A stretch of DNA of 64,000 bases from NCBI RefSeq assembly GCF_009914755.1, contig NC_060938.1; one strand, written 5' to 3'. Shown here one piece after another: positions 56,800 through 64,000 of this stretch. Source of the DNA: the human T2T-CHM13v2.0 reference genome, Homo sapiens. The notes under the pieces are model-generated. The model had not been told where the DNA came from. It ran no database searches and saw only the letters and a list, made by a program, of their open reading frames with translations. Both the position numbers and the translations under genes were made by a program. The first letter of the stretch is position 1. Every line of letters starts with the position of its first letter.

Positions 56800-57139
56800 A
56801 TGCATTTTTACTTTAACTGGGGTTTTATAAGTTACTGATCCCTGCCTCCACCATTCTATTAGCCAAAACAGAAAAAAGCACTATTTTGTTTTAGGTAGGT
56901 ATTTTAGCTACTCATTCACTACATTTTCTTTGGGTGAAGAAAGTAACTAGAGATGAAGCATAGACTACCCAGTTTAAAGAGTAAAAAATAAAAATAAAAA
57001 AAGTTCTTGGATTTGCTTTTAAACTTTATTTACAGCTATATAATCCAAGAATAAAAATGGAGACAATGTAGTTTAATTGACCAAGAGACTACACATTTAA
57101 TCCCTACCCCCCACCAACTTCACATCTTTTCTTCCCTTT

Positions 57140-57830
57140 GAGGGTATTTATTTATTTATTCAATAGTTAAGAGCCCGCAATATGCCAGAAACTACTCTAA
57201 ATAGTGAAGATTCAGCAGTCAACAAAATAGAAACAGTGACGAGATACAGGCAAACAAAAACACATACAACAGGAGAAGTGATAAGTGCTATGAAGAGAAC
57301 AGAGTGCAGGGTGGGGGAGCCATTATTTTATACAGATAGTGATCTCTGATAAGTTGACCGAGTATGCCTTCAAAGAGGTTGATATTTAAGCAGAGATCTG
57401 GGGGGGGAGGGGAACAAAAAAAAGGGAGCAACTCATGAAAAACCTTGGGGAAATGAATTTTTTAAAAAAGAGAAAAAAAGTAAAAACCCTGAGGTGGAAG
57501 GAGGCATGCACAATTTAGACAAGTAGCAGAATGAATAAGGAAAATGAAAGAAGATTCAGAGATGTAGCAGCAGTGCCAGATTATGAGACTTTGGATATTG
57601 AGTAGTCACTAGAGGATTTTTAATAATAAGGTGATAATGACTTAACTTACACTTCAGAAGGGTCACTCTGGCTGCTATGTGGAAAAGACACTCTGGGGAA
57701 GACACTCTGGGGCAAGAGTGTAAACAGGAATACCAGTTAGAAAGCTACTGAGAACTGATTGCAGCATGGACTTAAATGGAAGTAGCAGCAATAGAGAGAA
57801 GAGGTAGGATTCTGAAAATGCCACCTCTGT
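57140..57830 (-). mobile_element. L2 remnant
   Basis: degenerate TATT-(T)GAG..ACTATGCCAG..ACT L2 3' end and purine-rich body. Confidence 0.6.
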
Positions 57831-58273
57831 GAATGTAAAGAGGATGTAAGTGGGGGTTATAGAGAAGAGCAGAAAATGATATGGTAAGATGATTAAGAGA
57901 AGCATTGGCAATGAGAATAAGATATAAAGTTACATAAATATAGCACACATAAAGCAGGGAAAGTGTTTAACACAAAAGGGATATGATACAATTAAACAAG
58001 TAAAACTAGAGTATTTACCTACAATAGCATTAAATTCTAAGTTGGAAGGCCAAGTATCTTTACACTAAGACTCAGTATATACATAAAGCAGTAGATGTAT
58101 TTAAATATGCACCTGTACTATATGGAGTATCTAGTATTTTCTATTCTATTAAAGTTTATTACCAAGTTAATTTCACAACCTACGTGGGGCCATAACAACC
58201 TGTGGTATGAAAAGCACTGTTCCAAGAGGACAGATCAAATAGAGAATTCTAAATGTAAAGAAAGAAGCACTGC

Positions 58274-59240
<967 letters not shown>

Positions 59241-59598
59241 TTATTGAAATAAAGACAAGGAAAAACAAGTGAGTTTTAATGAATTAGCAGCAGTTTAAGA
59301 ACAAGAAAATTATGTTAATACTTTTTGAATAGGTCTCAACTTAGCAACTAACCACTACCATTTTATAAGAGCTTGATCAAGTATATTAAGTTGTACTTAA
59401 AATTATTACCAGTGGCTATATCTAATTATGTTATAAATTTATATTTTACTATGCATTATATATTAACATATAAATATATTTTATATAACCAATTAAATAC
59501 ACAAAAAATCTTATTTCCCCCACATTTTAGTGAATTATAAAATAATATACTAACAGGAGAGAAAACCAAGATGTGAGTAGCAATTCCTAAAAATTTAG

Positions 59599-60315
<717 letters not shown>

Positions 60316-61254
60316 TTACTTTTCTTGCCGTACCATGAAATTCATTTGTGAAGATAAATAGAAATTTTTTTCTAATCAGTGAAAATATTCTTACTGGGGC
60401 TTTGCTATCTATAATACTTATGCAAAATTCTATATAAAATAAAATCCTAATTGCATTCTTCCCAAAGAAGCACAATTACTGGAGACCAAGAAAAACTGCT
60501 TCTTATAATATGAATTCACCTACAAGATAGAAACTACAAGGATAATATTTTTAAAAAACTTACATTTTAATCATTTTTCTTGCTACCCAAAGCCTTGGCC
60601 TAAATAGTTTAATCAAGTTGAATTTAGTGATCTCAATTATGATGGTGACCCACCATTTTATTACCAACAAGTGTAGACCTGTGTTTAGTTCTACAACAAG
60701 CAAACATCAAATATTGTACTAATAAAATCAAAACACCATTCCGATTATTCATTCACAACAAAATTTCACAAATGTTTATTTCAATATGCCTAGTTATATA
60801 TGTAAATTTTAATTCTACTTTGATTTTACCATAATGGGAGTTGTTTTTCCTAATATATTATGAACATTTGACAATAAAGTTATAAAAAATTAAACAATTT
60901 TCTGTATCAGCACCACAGAAATGACCAAAAAAACTTGTATACTTTCAACATAAAGGTTTCTTTTAAGAGAAATCATCAAATTGTGTTCACAACTATTCTA
61001 CAATGACAACCCACTAAATGATTAGGCACAGGAGATATATATATGTATAAAAATTTAAAATGCTAATGTTATTTCTCACGCATTAAGTTTCCATCCATGG
61101 AACTACAAACAGCAAAACAATTAGGTCTGCTTCTTTAAAAATAACACTCAGATTTCATTTATCTTACTAACGATTAGTCAAGTTATAATGACGGCTAGAC
61201 TATACTGCATCAAAGTACATATATTTTGAAGCTACATACATATTATTCCAGACC

Positions 61255-61561
<307 letters not shown>

Positions 61562-62479
61562 CCAGATGTTTCTAAAATAGTTTGCCCTTGTACTCCTGCA
61601 AATCACCATCAGGACAGGATAGGTAACCAAAAGTGTACTCATGTATTCATGTACTATTTTCAGGTCAGGCTAAAGGATTTTCTATAATGTACTTCAGCTT
61701 TTGTTATGTGTTTAGAGATGGTTCCATAAAACTTGATCCACTGTAAAAAACAGGCAGCAGCCTGATAGCTTTAAATCACAATAACAGATTATATTATTAG
61801 AAAGCATCATTCACATACTAATCTGAGCTGCTACAAATACCTTATTTGGTTTCTTTTATAAATTCTAAAAGCAACTACACAAACTCACCTATACCTGGCA
61901 CATCTGGCTACTAAAATCAGATGGAAAACTAGTGACTGTCTGAGTCAGGACTGTCTATCAATTTAGTTCAGATTCCAGAGAATTTGTGATTGTAGATCAA
62001 CTTCATTATTTGGCTGTTAACAGGGGAAACCTGTATCAAGTAATTACACACAATGTGATCTCACCAAATAGTAAGGATATTTACATATAAATTTTCTTTA
62101 AAAATCTATTAGTAATTTTTGAGTGAAAGGAACAATAGCGGACAATATAACATTACTGGGCCAATTCTTGAACGGCAAACATTAAGAGTAAAAAAAAAAT
62201 TATTGAAAGCAGACACAATACTTATGTAAAATTTCAGAGAGAAAGACTAGGAGATAAAACCCTAATCCTCTTTACCTCAATCTTATATAACAAAATATTG
62301 TTTCTAAAATGCAGCCCAAACTCTTATCCAGTCCTATTAAATAATAGCCAAGAAGTCAATTTTTAAATAAAATTTACTTTTACTTATAAATATAAATCAA
62401 TACACCCCCCCCCAAATATATCAAGATATTTTTAAAACTCTGGTGGTCAGAATATATTATTTAAAAACTCTGTAACTTA

Positions 62480-62797
62480 GGCTGGGCACAGTGGCTCATG
62501 CCTGTAATCTCGGCACTTTGAGAGGCTGAGGTGGGCAGATTACTTGAGGCCAAGAGTTTGAGACCAGCCTGGCCAACATGGCAAAACCCCATCTCTACTA
62601 AAAATACAAAAATTAGCTGGAGGTGTTGGCACACACCTGTAATCCCAGCTACTCAGGAGGCTGAGGCATGAGAATCTCTTGCGCCTGGGAGGCGGAGGTT
62701 GCAGTGAGCCAAGATTGCGCTGTTGCGCAACAGCCTGGCAACAGAGCCAGTCTGTCTCAAAACAAAACAAAACAAAACAAAACAACAACAAAAAAAC
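62480..62797 (+). mobile_element. AluS with (AAAAC)n tail
   Basis: Alu consensus; aactctgtaact TSD. Confidence 0.9.
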
Positions 62798-63630
62798 ACA
62801 ACTCTGTAACTCAACAACAAAAAGACAAACAACCCAATTTAAAAATAGGCAAAGAACTTGAATGGGTATTTCTGCAAAAAAATATACAAATGGCCATAAG
62901 CACATGAAATGATACTCAACATCATTAGTCATTAGGGAAATGTAAATCAAAACCATGAGATACCATTTTACACCCGATAAGGATGACTATAATTTTTAAA
63001 AACCAGAGTATAACAACTGATGCCAAGTGTATGGTGAAACTGGAACCCTCTGATACTGCAGGTGAGAATGTAAAGTGGCACAGCTACTGGGAACAGCAGT
63101 TTGGCAGTTCCTCAAAAAGTTAAGCATAGATTACCATATGACCCAGCAATCCACTTCTAGGCATATACCCGCATGAATTTCTAACAGGGACTCAAGCAGA
63201 TCCCTATATGCCAATATTCAATGCAGCATTATTTACAGTAACCAAAAGGTGGAAACAATCCAAATACCTATCAATAGATGAATGGATAAACAAAATGTGA
63301 TATACACATACAATGGATTATTCAGCCATAAAAAGGAATAAAGTTCCTGATTGTGCTACAATACGGATGAACCCTGAAAACATGCTAAGTGAAATGAGCC
63401 AGATGCAAAAGGGCAAACATAACCTATTTCTACCTATACAAAATATCTAGAATAGAAAATTCAAAAAGACAAAGTAGATCAGAGGTTCCTAGGGGCTGGG
63501 AGGAGGGAGAAACACAAAGTTATAGCTTAATGGATACAAAATTTCTATTTCAAAGTAAATAGTGGTGATAGTTGTACAACACTGTGAATGTAATTGATGC
63601 CACTGAGTTGCACATTTAAAAATAGTTAAA
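62798..63630 (+). mobile_element. L1MB-like 3' fragment
   Basis: ORF2 C-terminal-like sequence (TTACCATATGACCCAGCAAT) and L1M 3'UTR. Confidence 0.85.
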
Positions 63631-63764
63631 AGGGCATTAAATATACATTTTTTAAATTACTAAACTTTATTGACACATAACTATCACCCAAAGTCAACAG
63701 TTTAGTGTTCACTCTCAGTGTTACATATTCTATGGGTTTTCACAAATGTATATAATGACAGGTA

Positions 63765-64000
63765 TCCTCCTGTGGTTTGAAAACATTAAAGAAAAAAAAT
63801 TCCAGAAATAAATAATTCATAAGTTTTAAATTGCATGTCGTCCTGTCCCATCCCACCCAGGACATGAATCTTCCATTTGTCTTACATATCCACACTGTAT
63901 ACACCGTGTATATGCCAAAGAGAAGCCGTAAAGTGCTTCCTTTAAGTGAAAAGGTAAAATTTCTGGACTTAATAAGGAATAAAAAATTGTATGCTGAGGT
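63765..64000 (+). mobile_element. MER44/Tigger7-like DNA element, partial
   Basis: CAAAGAGAAGCCGTAAAGTGCTTCCTTTAAGTGAAAAGG motif. Confidence 0.7.

Overview
Primate (almost certainly human) genomic DNA from inside BAZ1A (ACF1, the accessory subunit of the SNF2H/SMARCA5 ACF/CHRAC remodellers), on the minus strand. I read 22 coding exons directly from splice junctions. Numbering them 5-26 relies on my recollection of the 27-exon reference model; exon 26 is cut by the window edge. Exon phases chain without a break and encode the K/E-rich helix, DDT, WHIM/BAZ, PHD and the start of the bromodomain. Introns are very Alu-rich (about 60 copies) with L1, L2, MIR, MaLR LTR and DNA transposon remnants, and nearly all other ORFs in the track are repeat noise. 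Best hunt results: (1) a 91-nt exon-like relic in intron 21 that is one A away from a 90-nt in-frame K/D-rich exon and is a poison exon as written, with an AG|GTAAGA ratchet-like site beside it; (2) exons 7-9 bracketed by inverted Alus, whose 402-nt back-spliced circle has a stop-free endless ORF; (3) a U6 3'-end/AluY chimera; (4) a 1.7-kb internally deleted mini-L1 keeping both ends, with ORF0 and a splice donor pointing into BAZ1A; (5) a GC-AG intron abutting an LTR, and further poison-exon candidates. Repeat boundaries and subfamilies are by eye and approximate.
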